A stretch of DNA of 64,000 nucleotides from Pseudomonadales bacterium (GCA_016763075.1 JAESUM010000086.1:26-64025), one strand, 5' to 3'; positions 29,043 through 39,006 are shown, numbered from the stretch's first letter. The notes: generated from the sequence alone by a model not told the origin. Numbers and translations: made by a program.

Positions 29043-30668
29043 CTAGCTCACCTCTGAAAATTTGAAACCATCGTAGCCATCTGCAGCGACTTGATTACAT
29101 TTTTGAGCATAAGCACCTACGCCGCCAATGTACGGCATAAAGACTCGTGGTTTACCGGGAATATTTGCGCCGATATACCAAGAGTTCGCCTGCGGGAACA
29201 GCGTCAGATCTGCAAGTTGATTAACGTGTGCAACCCAATCGCTTTCAGCTTGGGTATCCGCTTCAATGCTATCAATATTGTTTTCGCGCATATGTTTAAG
29301 GCAATCAACAATCCATTCCACATGCTGCTCGATCGATACAATCATATTCGACAATACAGATGGGCTGCCCGGGCCTGTAACAGTAAACAGGTTTGGAAAG
29401 CCCGCCATAGATAAACCCAAGTAGGTGCGTGCGCCCTCTTCCCATTTTTGGTTCAAGGTATAGCCATCACGGCCACGAATATCCATTTTAAGCAGCGCGC
29501 CGGTCATGGCATCAAAGCCGGTTGCAAAAACAATGTTATCGACCGTATATTCGTTGCCGGCGGTTTTAATCCCTGTCGCAGTGATTGATTCAATAGCATC
29601 GTCATTGATATCTATCAAAGAAACATTGTCACGGTTGTAAACGTCAAAATAGCCGGTGTCCACACAGGGCCGTTTGGTGCCTAATGGGTAGCTTTTAGGG
29701 GCAAGTTTTTCTGCTATAACTGGGTCATCGACCATACCGCGAATTTTATCTCGGATAAATTCTGCCGCTACATCGTTTGATTCGTTGCTTAGTACCATGT
29801 CGCTAAATGCACTGAGCACTCCAAGGCCACCTACTTTCCACACCTCTTCAAGGTGCGATGCCGCCTCTTCTTTGTTGTACTGAGCAGCGGGTTTTGCTTC
29901 TGCTGCGTTGCCAAAGCCAACACCCACTTCACGGGCTTCACGGCGCAGGGCCATAAACTTGTCTTTGTGCGCTTCGGCAGCACCTGCTTCTAGCGGTTTG
30001 TTGTACGCTGGCAAACTAAAGTTTGGGGTACGCTGAAACACCGTTACGTGGTCTGCTTGCGAAGCAAAAATAGGGATCGACTGAATACCCGATGAACCGG
30101 TACCAATTACGGCGACAGTTTGGCCGCTGAAATCGACCTCTTCATGGGGCCATTGAGCCGTGAAGTAAACATTGCCTTTGAAGCTATCAAGCCCGTCAAA
30201 ATCTGGTGCTCTTGGCATCGACAAGCAGCCGGTTGCCATCACGCAGTACTTTCCGGTATAGGTTTCGCCGGTATCCGTTTCTATCGACCAATTGTTTTTT
30301 TGCTCATTAAAATTGGTTTGAATCACACGGGTTTTGAATTGGATATCTTTTAGCAGGTCGAGTTTTTCTGAAACCCATTGGGCATATCGAAGAATTTCGG
30401 GCTGCGCAGAAAAGCGTTCGGTCCAGCTCCAGCCACGCTGGATTTCATCTGAAAACCCAAATTGATAATCTAAGCTCTCGATATCGCAGCGAGCGCCCGG
30501 GTAACGGTTCCAATACCATGTACCGCCGACACCATCTCCAGCTTCAATGACCTTGGCTGAAAAACCTTGTTCACGCAGTTTATGCAGCATGTACATGCCG
30601 CCAAAGCCCGCCCCAACAACAATGACATCGAAATCGTTATTGCTGTTTTTTGATTGCTGTTCGCCCAT
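29043..30668 (-). CDS. Type I Baeyer-Villiger monooxygenase (CHMO/PAMO-like)
   Basis: GAGFGG, GGTWYWNRYPGARCD, GTGSSG, KRP and ATGFDA; fingerprint reads FKGNVYFTAQWP. Confidence 0.93.
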   Translation of the reverse strand: MGEQQSKNSNNDFDVIVVGAGFGGMYMLHKLREQGFSAKVIEAGDGVGGTWYWNRYPGARCDIESLDYQFGFSDEIQRGWSWTERFSAQPEILRYAQWVSEKLDLLKDIQFKTRVIQTNFNEQKNNWSIETDTGETYTGKYCVMATGCLSMPRAPDFDGLDSFKGNVYFTAQWPHEEVDFSGQTVAVIGTGSSGIQSIPIFASQADHVTVFQRTPNFSLPAYNKPLEAGAAEAHKDKFMALRREAREVGVGFGNAAEAKPAAQYNKEEAASHLEEVWKVGGLGVLSAFSDMVLSNESNDVAAEFIRDKIRGMVDDPVIAEKLAPKSYPLGTKRPCVDTGYFDVYNRDNVSLIDINDDAIESITATGIKTAGNEYTVDNIVFATGFDAMTGALLKMDIRGRDGYTLNQKWEEGARTYLGLSMAGFPNLFTVTGPGSPSVLSNMIVSIEQHVEWIVDCLKHMRENNIDSIEADTQAESDWVAHVNQLADLTLFPQANSWYIGANIPGKPRVFMPYIGGVGAYAQKCNQVAADGYDGFKFSEVS

Positions 30669-31076
30669 GAAATTCTCCTTTTCATTATTTTGCTGTTAAT
30701 ACTTGGCAACTATTTTGGCTGCTATGATGCCCCGCAACTCATCCCACATCAATGCACCTGCATTATTTGCATGGTTTCATCCACCTCATCCGTACTCAAC
30801 CCTCGCCGCCGGAACGTGTCCAAATCCAGGATATTACTTATGCATCGTTAAATTGACGGCTCTTACAGCGAGTTAAAGCTGCAGCTGCTTTGCTCGTTCG
30901 GTCTAACGCTGCAAGTTTATTAGCCAACATGAGCGGTTCGTCACATAGCTAGCTAACCCGAAAGTCGACTTCATTCACGGCTTCTACAATTAAACTGATA
31001 AAAATAATTAGTGACCAACCGTCTAATTTACGTTTGGCCTCCAAATTGATGCAAAGCCCTTTGATACCGATTCGAT

Positions 31077-31832
31077 ATGAAAAAATATATTAGTGCTGCA
31101 TTGCTTGTACTGAGCTGTTCTAACGCAAATGCCACCATTATTGACACCACGAACCGTTCGTTTATCGACCAGGCTGAGCATTTGGAATGGATGGATTTTG
31201 GCGTGAACAATCGCTACACCTACAATCAAGTGGTCAGTATGACTGAGGTCGGCGGGTTATATGAGCAGTGGAGTCTAGCCACCCAAAGCCAAGTATTAAC
31301 CATGTGGGATCACGTTTTTGGTGGCAGGGGTTCAGATATAGACAGCCAGCATGCCACTGGCAATAGCTACGCACGTTATAACGACAAAGGCCGCCGCGGA
31401 AAATCCGTACATGAGCCCATGCTCGACATCATTGGCTACAACACTAGTCATAGTTCCCTAATTTACAGATCAACTTATTCAATTGGGTTGTTTGAAGACA
31501 CCAGAGGAAGGTTGTCTTATGCCTACGCGCGTGATGTCGACTATTCTCGTTTCAGCAGCCCCTACCATTGGTGGCGCGGTGATATCGCCAAAGTAGCGGG
31601 GCGTACCCGTAGCTTTAATAAATACAGAGATTCAAAATCTCGGCGTTTTTCCACTCTTCTGGTGCGCAACACAGCTCCAGCAAACCGCTCAGAAAAAATA
31701 CCCGAGCCCTTTACCCTGTCATTATTCGCCATAGGGCTTATAGGCCTGCTGGCGATCCACAAAAAAGTAATTCCGCGTGACCAAGACGCAGAAAGCCCAT
31801 CAGCACAATCTAAAAGACCTAATGAGGTCTAA
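31077..31832 (+). CDS. PEP-CTERM sorting domain protein
   Basis: Signal peptide ending NANA|TII; IPEPFTLSLFAIGLIGLLAIHKK = PEP motif, TM helix and basic residues. Confidence 0.85.
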   Translation: MKKYISAALLVLSCSNANATIIDTTNRSFIDQAEHLEWMDFGVNNRYTYNQVVSMTEVGGLYEQWSLATQSQVLTMWDHVFGGRGSDIDSQHATGNSYARYNDKGRRGKSVHEPMLDIIGYNTSHSSLIYRSTYSIGLFEDTRGRLSYAYARDVDYSRFSSPYHWWRGDIAKVAGRTRSFNKYRDSKSRRFSTLLVRNTAPANRSEKIPEPFTLSLFAIGLIGLLAIHKKVIPRDQDAESPSAQSKRPNEV

Positions 31833-31879
31833 CTAGCCTCAATCGCTCGAACAGCGTAAGCGACTTATAAATGAGTGGG

Positions 31880-31926
31880 TTAACCGTGGCTTCACGCAGG
31901 CCTGCGTGAAGAAATGGCACGGTTAA
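31880..31926. repeat. Nested inverted repeat
   Basis: Perfect 22-bp palindrome CTTCACGCAGGCCTGCGTGAAG (31890-31911) inside TTAACCGTG/CACGGTTAA arms. Confidence 0.85.
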
Positions 31927-32089
31927 ATAACAGCGAAGTCTCGCAGTTCAGTAATCCAAAAAATATAATAATTTAGAGACGGATCTAGGCTCAAATTTAT
32001 AAGCACGGATTAAGACAAAGTCTTAAAAAGGTCGAACTGAAGGATTGTATTACGAGGGTTTAAAACAAGAAGTATTGCTGGAACTAAAG

Positions 32090-32143
32090 CCGTCCAAATC
32101 CCGTCCAAAATGGACGGAATGTGACGTAACCTAGTGATGTAGT
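32090..32143. mobile_element. Probable att-junction remnant of an integrative element at the tRNA-Asp 3' end
   Basis: Direct repeats CCGTCCAAA (32090, 32101), inverted TGGACGG (32111) and an IHF-like TAACCTAGTGATG just before the tRNA CCA end. Confidence 0.45.
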
Positions 32144-32220
32144 TGGCGGAGCGGACGGGACTCGAACCCGCGACCCCCGGCGTGACAGGCCGGTATTCTA
32201 ACCAACTGAACTACCGCTCC
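32144..32220 (-). tRNA. tRNA-Asp (GTC)
   Basis: GGAGCGGTAGTTCAGTTGGTTAGAATACCGGCCTGTCACGCCGG...GGTTCGAGTCCCGTCCGCTCCGCCA, 77 nt. Confidence 0.98.
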
Positions 32221-32248
32221 GTTGTACTACAAACATCACTTGACAGCA

Positions 32249-32324
32249 TGGTGGGTGAAGAGGGGATCGAACCCCCGACCCTCGCCTTGTAAGGGCGATG
32301 CTCTCCCAGCTGAGCTATTCACCC
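32249..32324 (-). tRNA. tRNA-Val (TAC)
   Basis: GGGTGAATAGCTCAGCTGGGAGAGCATCGCCCTTACAAGGCGA...GTTCGATCCCCTCTTCACCCACCA, 76 nt. Confidence 0.98.
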
Positions 32325-32341
32325 CGTGCCAAGAGCGACGC

Positions 32342-32369
32342 ATTTTACAGAACTCAATTGATATGTCAA
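32342..32369 (-). promoter_or_regulatory. Stable-RNA-type sigma70 promoter of the tRNA-Val/Asp operon
   Basis: TTGACA-16 bp-TAAAAT followed by the GC-rich discriminator GCGTCGC. Confidence 0.8.
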
Positions 32370-32525
32370 CGATCTGTTTAAAGGAATTATTATCCTGAAG
32401 AAAATCGACATTCAATCTGAAAAAACCACCGGATATTACTCTTTACAATTTTGTTAGTCGCAGCCCAAATACTTCACGACCACAACTAACGGCTACCTAA
32501 ACAAATTCTTATTCTCGCAAAAGGA

Positions 32526-33017
32526 TTAGTGCTCGGTTGGCGATGCTGGAGCAGGTGCTGCATCGGGCGTGTCACCGGCTTCTGCTTCTTGCTGAGCCTG
32601 CACAAACAACGCATCAAAGTTAACGGGCGCTAACATCAGCGGTGGGAAGCCACCACGCGTGACCAAGCTATCTATGGCTTCACGTGCATAAGGAAACAGA
32701 ATGTTTGGGCAAAAACTACCCATCGCCCGTTTCATTTCTTCATCTGAATCGCTTTGAATTTCAAATATACCGGCTTGCTGAATCTCCACTAGGAAAGCGG
32801 TTTCTTCTTCTATCTTTGCGGTAATGGTAATGGTTAACACAATTTCAAACAGATGCTCGTCAACTTTGGCGTTGGCGGCGTTCATTTCCATTTGGATATC
32901 TGGCTTCCATTGCTGCCGGAAAATTTCTGGCGAACCTGGAGATTCAAACGAGACATCTTTCACATATAGTTTTTGAATACCAAATCGATTCTGGACAGCG
33001 TCCGCTTGTGTAGCCAT
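32526..33017 (-). CDS. secB: Protein-export chaperone SecB
   Basis: IQKLYVKDVSFE, QAGIF, CPNILFPYARE and GGFPPL. Confidence 0.96.
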   Translation of the reverse strand: MATQADAVQNRFGIQKLYVKDVSFESPGSPEIFRQQWKPDIQMEMNAANAKVDEHLFEIVLTITITAKIEEETAFLVEIQQAGIFEIQSDSDEEMKRAMGSFCPNILFPYAREAIDSLVTRGGFPPLMLAPVNFDALFVQAQQEAEAGDTPDAAPAPASPTEH

Positions 33018-33104
33018 ACCACATTCCTTACATTAATTCGTGAATTTACAAAGACCATTTAGCGCGTCGCGCCAGGCCAGTTAGATCAGAAGTTCAAATC
33101 AAGT

Positions 33105-33377
33105 TTAGTTGGCAAACAGAAGCTGATCCAATTCGCCTGCTGAATTCAAACTATATAATTCGTCGCAACCGCCAACGTGATGATCGCCAATCCATATTTG
33201 AGGCACGCTCGTCGCGCCACTTTTCTTGGTCATTTTGGCTCTGAGGTCAGGCCGGTTATCAACTGCTATCTCTTTGAAAGTAGCGCCTTTGTCGTCGAGC
33301 AAACGTTTTGCCATCACGCAGAATGGGCAAAAACGCGTGGTATATATTTGAACCCGTGCGGCGTTAACTGCACTCAT
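33105..33377 (-). CDS. grxC: Glutaredoxin 3
   Basis: CPFC, SVPQI and GGCDEL. Confidence 0.95.
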   Translation of the reverse strand: MSAVNAARVQIYTTRFCPFCVMAKRLLDDKGATFKEIAVDNRPDLRAKMTKKSGATSVPQIWIGDHHVGGCDELYSLNSAGELDQLLFAN

Positions 33378-33794
33378 CTATTTCACCAATGGCAGGTTTT
33401 CGCCACGCCATGTACCAATACCGCCAGCAAGCCTCAATACCTGAGTAAACCCAGCTTTTAGCAGTACGCCGCCTGCAGTACCGGAGAGCTGCCCCATGGG
33501 GCAAACCAAAATTATCGGTTTATCTTTATGTGACTCAAGTTCGCTCAGCCGTTCTGTAAGTTTGGCATTTGGGATGTTTTTTGAGTCAACGATGTGGCCT
33601 TTACGAAATTCGCCAGAATCGCGTAAATCTATGACTATCGCGTCTTCTTTATTCACCAACCGCGATAATTCCGCAGTATTGATACTTTGGCCTTTTTTTC
33701 TTTGTTCGCTATAGATAAACATTGCCAGCACCATCAAAAACGCGCCCACTAAGGACCAATGGTTACCGACGAATTCATACATTTGATACAACAT
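33378..33794 (-). CDS. Rhodanese-like protein (YibN-like)
   Basis: N-terminal TM helix, IDLR...GHI and LAGGIGTW...LP; conserved position before grxC-secB. Confidence 0.9.
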   Translation of the reverse strand: MLYQMYEFVGNHWSLVGAFLMVLAMFIYSEQRKKGQSINTAELSRLVNKEDAIVIDLRDSGEFRKGHIVDSKNIPNAKLTERLSELESHKDKPIILVCPMGQLSGTAGGVLLKAGFTQVLRLAGGIGTWRGENLPLVK

Positions 33795-34124
33795 GATTTT
33801 TGATTTCCAGCCTGGGCGCATACCTTTTAGCTAGCCAGCCCCCTGAAAGAGTGACTTGATTAAGAAGCGCCCGATTAAAACGAAGGCCGATTATACACAT
33901 CATCTGATTGCCCAGCATAGCCACGAATCGAATTGCGATATAGCCATAACAAGCAGCATAGCGAAACGCGCCGGATCAGGCTAAAATCACCGCTTTAACG
34001 GAATGTTTAAGCCGCTCGTTCAAGCGCCTCAAACCCCACTGATTGCCACAAGCCCGCGGTGTACCGAAGGTTACTGTTTAGTAATTTCGACGCCCCTCAC
34101 CCAAATGTACCCAGGTTGTTATTC

Positions 34125-35705
34125 ATGCCCCATGCTCGCAAACCCCTTAGCTTGATTATTCTCGATGGTTGGGGCCACAGTGAAACCTCTTCTTCAAATG
34201 CCATTGAGCTGGCTAACACCCCAGTTTGGGACCGGCTTATCGCCCAATCCCCCAATACCTTGATCTCGACATCAGGCATGGCGGTCGGCTTGCCCGACGG
34301 CCAAATGGGCAACTCAGAAGTTGGCCACATGAACCTAGGCGCAGGGCGTATTGTTTATCAAGATTTCACCCGCATCAGCAAGGCTATCGAAGACGGCGAT
34401 TTTTATACCAACCCCGCACTGGTAAAAGCACTGAAAGCCGCGGCTGACTCTGGCAGCACAGCGCACATAATGGGCCTGCTTTCTCCTGGCGGCGTACACA
34501 GCCACGAAGAACATATATTCGCAATCATTAAGATGGCACACCAATTAGGTGTTAAAAAACTAAATATCCACGCATTTATGGACGGCCGCGATACTCCACC
34601 GCGTAGCGCCCTGGCCTCTATCGAAAAGCTTGAAGCGGTTCTGAGCCAATACCCGGGGTACCAAATTGCTAGCCTCTGCGGGCGTTATTACGCCATGGAC
34701 CGCGACAACCGCTGGGATCGTGTCGAACGCGCATACAATCTCATAGTTGCTGGCGACAGTGAGTTTCAGTATGCCTGCGCCACAGACGCATTAAACGCTG
34801 CATACGCACGGGATGAAAACGACGAATTCGTACAGCCCAGCGTTATTTTAAACGCCGCATCAGTCCCATCCATTGATGACGGAGACCACCTGATTTTCAT
34901 GAATTTTCGCGCTGACCGCGCCCGCGAAATCACCCGTGCTATTAGCAACCCTGAGTTTCAAGACTTCACCCGCAAGGTCACGCCAACCCTCGGCGGCTTT
35001 GTGATGCTAACCCAATATGCCGCAGATATTGACCTGCCCAGTGCTTTCCCACCAGTAGAGCTGCAGCAAATTTTGGGCGAGTATTTAGCCGAGTCAGGCA
35101 AAACCCAATTGCGTATTTCTGAAACAGAAAAATATGCCCACGTGACCTTCTTTTTTAATGGTGGACGAGAGCAACCATTCAATGGGGAGGAACGTATTTT
35201 GATCCCCTCACCAGATGTTGCAACCTATGACCTGCAACCTGAAATGAGCGCACCGGAACTCACCGACCGGCTGGTCGAAGCCATTACCGGCGGGCAATTT
35301 GATGTGATTATTTGCAACTATCCCAACGGCGATATGGTTGGCCACACGGGCAATATGGATGCTGCAAAAATTGCAGTTGAAACCATCGACCAATGCCTTG
35401 CACGAATAGAGCAAGCAACCATAGAAGCCGGCGGAGAATCACTGATTACCGCAGATCACGGTAACGTCGAGCAGATGTTTGACCCAAACACGGGGCAGCC
35501 ACACACGGCGCACACCACCGGGCCGGTGCCACTGCTTTATATTGGTGGGATTGGCGAAAACGAGCAAGCAACCACCGCCAAAGCACGAACATTCAGTAAA
35601 ACCGCCGGGCAACTTTCTGACATAGCGCCCACCATGTTAGCGATGCTGGGCTTAGCTCAACCCGCTGAAATGACCGGCCGCTCACTGTTTAGCGACGACA
35701 AATAA
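34125..35705 (+). CDS. gpmI: 2,3-BPG-independent phosphoglycerate mutase
   Basis: [30 protein letters not shown] and DMVGH; start set to ATG 34125. Confidence 0.97.
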   Translation: MPHARKPLSLIILDGWGHSETSSSNAIELANTPVWDRLIAQSPNTLISTSGMAVGLPDGQMGNSEVGHMNLGAGRIVYQDFTRISKAIEDGDFYTNPALVKALKAAADSGSTAHIMGLLSPGGVHSHEEHIFAIIKMAHQLGVKKLNIHAFMDGRDTPPRSALASIEKLEAVLSQYPGYQIASLCGRYYAMDRDNRWDRVERAYNLIVAGDSEFQYACATDALNAAYARDENDEFVQPSVILNAASVPSIDDGDHLIFMNFRADRAREITRAISNPEFQDFTRKVTPTLGGFVMLTQYAADIDLPSAFPPVELQQILGEYLAESGKTQLRISETEKYAHVTFFFNGGREQPFNGEERILIPSPDVATYDLQPEMSAPELTDRLVEAITGGQFDVIICNYPNGDMVGHTGNMDAAKIAVETIDQCLARIEQATIEAGGESLITADHGNVEQMFDPNTGQPHTAHTTGPVPLLYIGGIGENEQATTAKARTFSKTAGQLSDIAPTMLAMLGLAQPAEMTGRSLFSDDK

Positions 35706-35785
35706 CCAGTGGAAGCTTAGGTATCGCTGCGCCCAACCTCAAACCCAGCGCCCGTCCCCCTTATGGCCGCTGGCGCTGTGTTGCA

Positions 35786-36943
35786 ATGCTGGTCCTCCTT
35801 GCTTGCGGTGTGCATGCCAGCCCTGCGAGCTTTGCGGCAAACTCTAGCTCAGCCGATACAAACAACACCCAAAGCGATCAGCGCAAACTGAAGGCATTAA
35901 AAGCCGAAATACGACAGGTCAAAAAACGTCTTAACCAATTTAAGGGGAAACGTGCAGGGCTGGTTGCATCGCTGCAACAAGTTGAAGTAGCGATGGGCAC
36001 GCTTGAAACTGCCATCGCTAAAAACCGCAAACAAGTCCGCACAAGCCAATCCAAACTACGAAAATTCGAAGTCCAAAAAACACAATTAGTATTCAATCAA
36101 ACCCTGCAAAAAAAACTCATCGAAAAACAGCTCGCGCAGCATTACAAAATGGGCCAAGAGCCGTATATCAAACAGCTATTTAGCGAGCAAGAGCCTCAAA
36201 AAATGTCGCGCTTAAGCCGCTACTACGGCTATTTTAACCGCGCGCGGCTGCAGCAAATTGAGAAATATCAAGCCAGTATTGTTGCGCTCAAAGAGCTGCA
36301 GCAGCACATACAAACCGAAGCAGGCTTGCTAGCCAACAAACAGCGCAGCCTTACTCAGCAACATCAAAGCCTTGCTGAAAAGTCAGCTCATCGTAAAACC
36401 CTTGTAGCAAAGCTCAACCAAGAAATTCGTTCAGGGAATCAGCGCCTTGGAACCTTAGATGCTGACCAGAAACGCCTTCAAAGCCTGCTAACCACGCTTG
36501 CCAAAACTACCGCCGACTTGGCCGCAGCAGGGTTCTCGCAATCATTCCCTACCGCTAAAGGAACGCTTGCGTGGCCCACTAACGGCACCATTACTCGACG
36601 CTATGGAAGCAAGCAAAAACCCAGTAATTTGCGCTGGAAAGGCGTAACGCTAAACGCCAAGCAAGGCGCTGATGTACGCTCTATTCACCACGGCCAGGTT
36701 ATTTTTTCGGGCTGGTTACGCGGCCACGGGCTACTCATTGTGGTTGAGCACAACCAACATTACATGAGCATTTACGCACACAACCAAACACTGCTGCGCG
36801 AAGAAGGCGACTGGGTGACCGCGGGTGAGCTCATCGCAACGGTTGGCATGACCGGCGGGCAGGAATTATCGGCGCTCTATTTTGAAATCAGAAAAGATGG
36901 TAATCCGTTGAACCCTGAATTATGGTGTTCTTCGGGTCGTTGA
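35786..36943 (+). CDS. envC: Murein hydrolase activator EnvC
   Basis: Long coiled coil plus degenerate M23 domain (WKG, YAHNQ, LYFEIR); lies between gpmI and ctpA. Confidence 0.9.
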   Translation: MLVLLACGVHASPASFAANSSSADTNNTQSDQRKLKALKAEIRQVKKRLNQFKGKRAGLVASLQQVEVAMGTLETAIAKNRKQVRTSQSKLRKFEVQKTQLVFNQTLQKKLIEKQLAQHYKMGQEPYIKQLFSEQEPQKMSRLSRYYGYFNRARLQQIEKYQASIVALKELQQHIQTEAGLLANKQRSLTQQHQSLAEKSAHRKTLVAKLNQEIRSGNQRLGTLDADQKRLQSLLTTLAKTTADLAAAGFSQSFPTAKGTLAWPTNGTITRRYGSKQKPSNLRWKGVTLNAKQGADVRSIHHGQVIFSGWLRGHGLLIVVEHNQHYMSIYAHNQTLLREEGDWVTAGELIATVGMTGGQELSALYFEIRKDGNPLNPELWCSSGR

Positions 36944-37068
36944 ACAAAAAACGATGGATCATTTTGGATCAACAGCTGTCCAAGTTGCCTCATCAGAACT
37001 GTGTTAATTCAGCACCCTGTTAACTCTGTCAGCATAGCGCTGTCGGCACCCAATAAGAGCACATCTCT

Positions 37069-38556
37069 ATGCTAGGACTGATCATCGGTAAAAAACCAGC
37101 AGCTTATATTTTCGGCTCGTTATTGATTACGTGTTCTTTAGTTTCGCCGTTCGCGCTTGCCGAACAGGCCCAAACTAAACACTCCGACGATGAAAAAACG
37201 CTTAAAACACAGGCTCAACTTACCTCCCTGCCACTGGAAGAATTACGCACGTTTGTAGAGGTGTTCGACCACATTAGAAAGGCCTACGTAAACCCAATTT
37301 CGGACAGCGAGTTATTGGAAAATGCCATCATCGGCATGCTGCATGAACTAGACCCACACTCCTCTTATTTAGACCCAGAGTCCCTTGAAGACCTAAAAGT
37401 AGGCACCCAGGGTGAGTTTGGTGGGCTCGGCATCGAGATAGACCTGGAAGACAGTTATATCCGCGTGATCACCCCAATTGACGATACACCCGCTGCCAAA
37501 GCGGGTATCGAAGCCGGCGATTTGATTGTAAAAATCAATGGAAAACCCGTAAAAGGTATGAAGCTAAACGAAGGTATCGACATGATGCGCGGTGAGATTG
37601 GTACCGATATCATCCTGACCATTATTCGCAACGAAACCGAAAATATCGATATCACCGTTACCCGTGGCATTATTGAAATACAAAGCGTAAAAGGTGAGCT
37701 ACTCGACCCTGGCTTTGCTTATATTCGTATTGCTCAGTTTCAAACCCGCACCACCAAAGACTTGCTTGCGGTGCTTGCCAAACTCAGCCCGCCCGAAGCG
37801 CCCCTTAAAGGTATCGTGTTGGATTTAAGAAACAACCCTGGGGGCCTACTCAGCGCAGCGGTTGGTGTTGTGGATGCATTTATTTCAGAAGGCATGATTG
37901 TCTACACTGCTGGTCGTGATCCTTCATCAAAGAAGGTTTATTCAGCAACTAAAACCACACCGGCGCAATATACACCGGTTGCGATATTGATTAACGGTGG
38001 CTCTGCCTCGGCATCAGAAATTGTAGCGGGGTCGCTACAAGACCATAAACGCGCAGTCATTATGGGCACTGCCAGCTTTGGTAAAGGCTCGGTTCAGACC
38101 ATTTTCCCGCTGGGGCTCGACAAAGCGGTCAAGCTCACTACGGCGCTGTATTACACCCCAAAAGGGCGCTCTATTCAGGCCCAAGGCATCGAACCAGACA
38201 TCATTGTTGCACCGGCAGATGTGAAAACCATCGACAGTAAATTCACCCCTTATCGGGAATCTGACTTAACTAGACATTTGGCCAACTCTAATCCAGCCGC
38301 TGATGCTAATACCAGTACGAGTACTGAGAGCGACTCAGATTCCGACACCAGTAACGCTCCCACAACACTTACCAAAAACGCCAAAGAAAAATCAGCCAAG
38401 CCCGTGAAAATAAGCCTGGTCGAGCGAGACTTCCAGCTTTATGAAGCGCTCAATTTACTAAAAGGCATGCATATTTTGTCGGGCCTTAAAAAGCTAGAAC
38501 CTGCAAATGATCCCAAACCAAAACTAAAAGATGTAGTGACTAAATCAGTGAACTAA
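37069..38556 (+). CDS. ctpA: Carboxy-terminal processing protease CtpA (S41)
   Basis: LDPHS, GEFGGLGIE, DLRNNPGG, SASASE and SFGKGSVQ. Confidence 0.93.
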   Translation: MLGLIIGKKPAAYIFGSLLITCSLVSPFALAEQAQTKHSDDEKTLKTQAQLTSLPLEELRTFVEVFDHIRKAYVNPISDSELLENAIIGMLHELDPHSSYLDPESLEDLKVGTQGEFGGLGIEIDLEDSYIRVITPIDDTPAAKAGIEAGDLIVKINGKPVKGMKLNEGIDMMRGEIGTDIILTIIRNETENIDITVTRGIIEIQSVKGELLDPGFAYIRIAQFQTRTTKDLLAVLAKLSPPEAPLKGIVLDLRNNPGGLLSAAVGVVDAFISEGMIVYTAGRDPSSKKVYSATKTTPAQYTPVAILINGGSASASEIVAGSLQDHKRAVIMGTASFGKGSVQTIFPLGLDKAVKLTTALYYTPKGRSIQAQGIEPDIIVAPADVKTIDSKFTPYRESDLTRHLANSNPAADANTSTSTESDSDSDTSNAPTTLTKNAKEKSAKPVKISLVERDFQLYEALNLLKGMHILSGLKKLEPANDPKPKLKDVVTKSVN

Positions 38557-38730
38557 GTTAGTCACTAGCCTGCTTTTCATCCCTGCGTATTATTGTAGGC
38601 ATTTGATACCTCTGTGGTTCGGCCACGCCTTTCGCCTGGCCTTTTAGCCTACGCCACCGTGATTCTTAACCTGTAAAGTCCTTTCCAACCTGCTGCACTG
38701 CTGATTAGTTGCGGTGATAAATTCCAGTGA

Positions 38731-38759
38731 TTGTGGTTTCGCAAACGCTCCGGTAAAAT
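38731..38759 (+). promoter_or_regulatory. Putative sigma70 promoter upstream of the sulP leader
   Basis: TTGTGG-17 bp-TAAAAT followed by GC-rich CGCGCGG. Confidence 0.5.
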
Positions 38760-38763
38760 TCGC

Positions 38764-38930
38764 GCGGCTTTGCTGTCTCATTTATGAGCGAACAAATCCC
38801 GCAAACCATCCAGATTGATGGCAACCATGCCTGATGTTGGCAACGCTATCATCTGCCAAAACCCCTTTGATGAACTACGCTTGGTTCGTAAAAGTAAACT
38901 TTTTGCGTGGCTTCAACGTAGCATCAAATA
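38764..38930 (+). ncRNA. Candidate structured cis-regulatory leader of sulP
   Basis: Four consecutive stem-loops (38764-38802, 38806-38821, 38837-38859, 38866-38928) between the promoter and the ATG at 39007. Confidence 0.4.
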
Positions 38931-39006
38931 CTATTTCACGAGTGAATGAGCCCTTGCGCGCAGCGCCTAAAGGCACACCTCCTCTTTACTAACTGTGTAA
39001 AACAAT

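Noticed and set aside
30750-30990. Stop-interrupted minus-strand reading (IVEAVNEVDFRVS*LCDE...; SNILDLDTFRRRG...) as a phage-like gene relic
   Set aside because: I cannot assign it to any family by eye; it needs BLASTx
35786-36943. Missing zinc ligands in the M23 domain as a sign of pseudogenisation
   Set aside because: EnvC is known to have a degenerate, non-catalytic LytM domain
772-38556. Two S41 proteases in one window as a duplication
   Set aside because: They are the distinct Prc and CtpA subfamilies, both normal in this group of gammaproteobacteria
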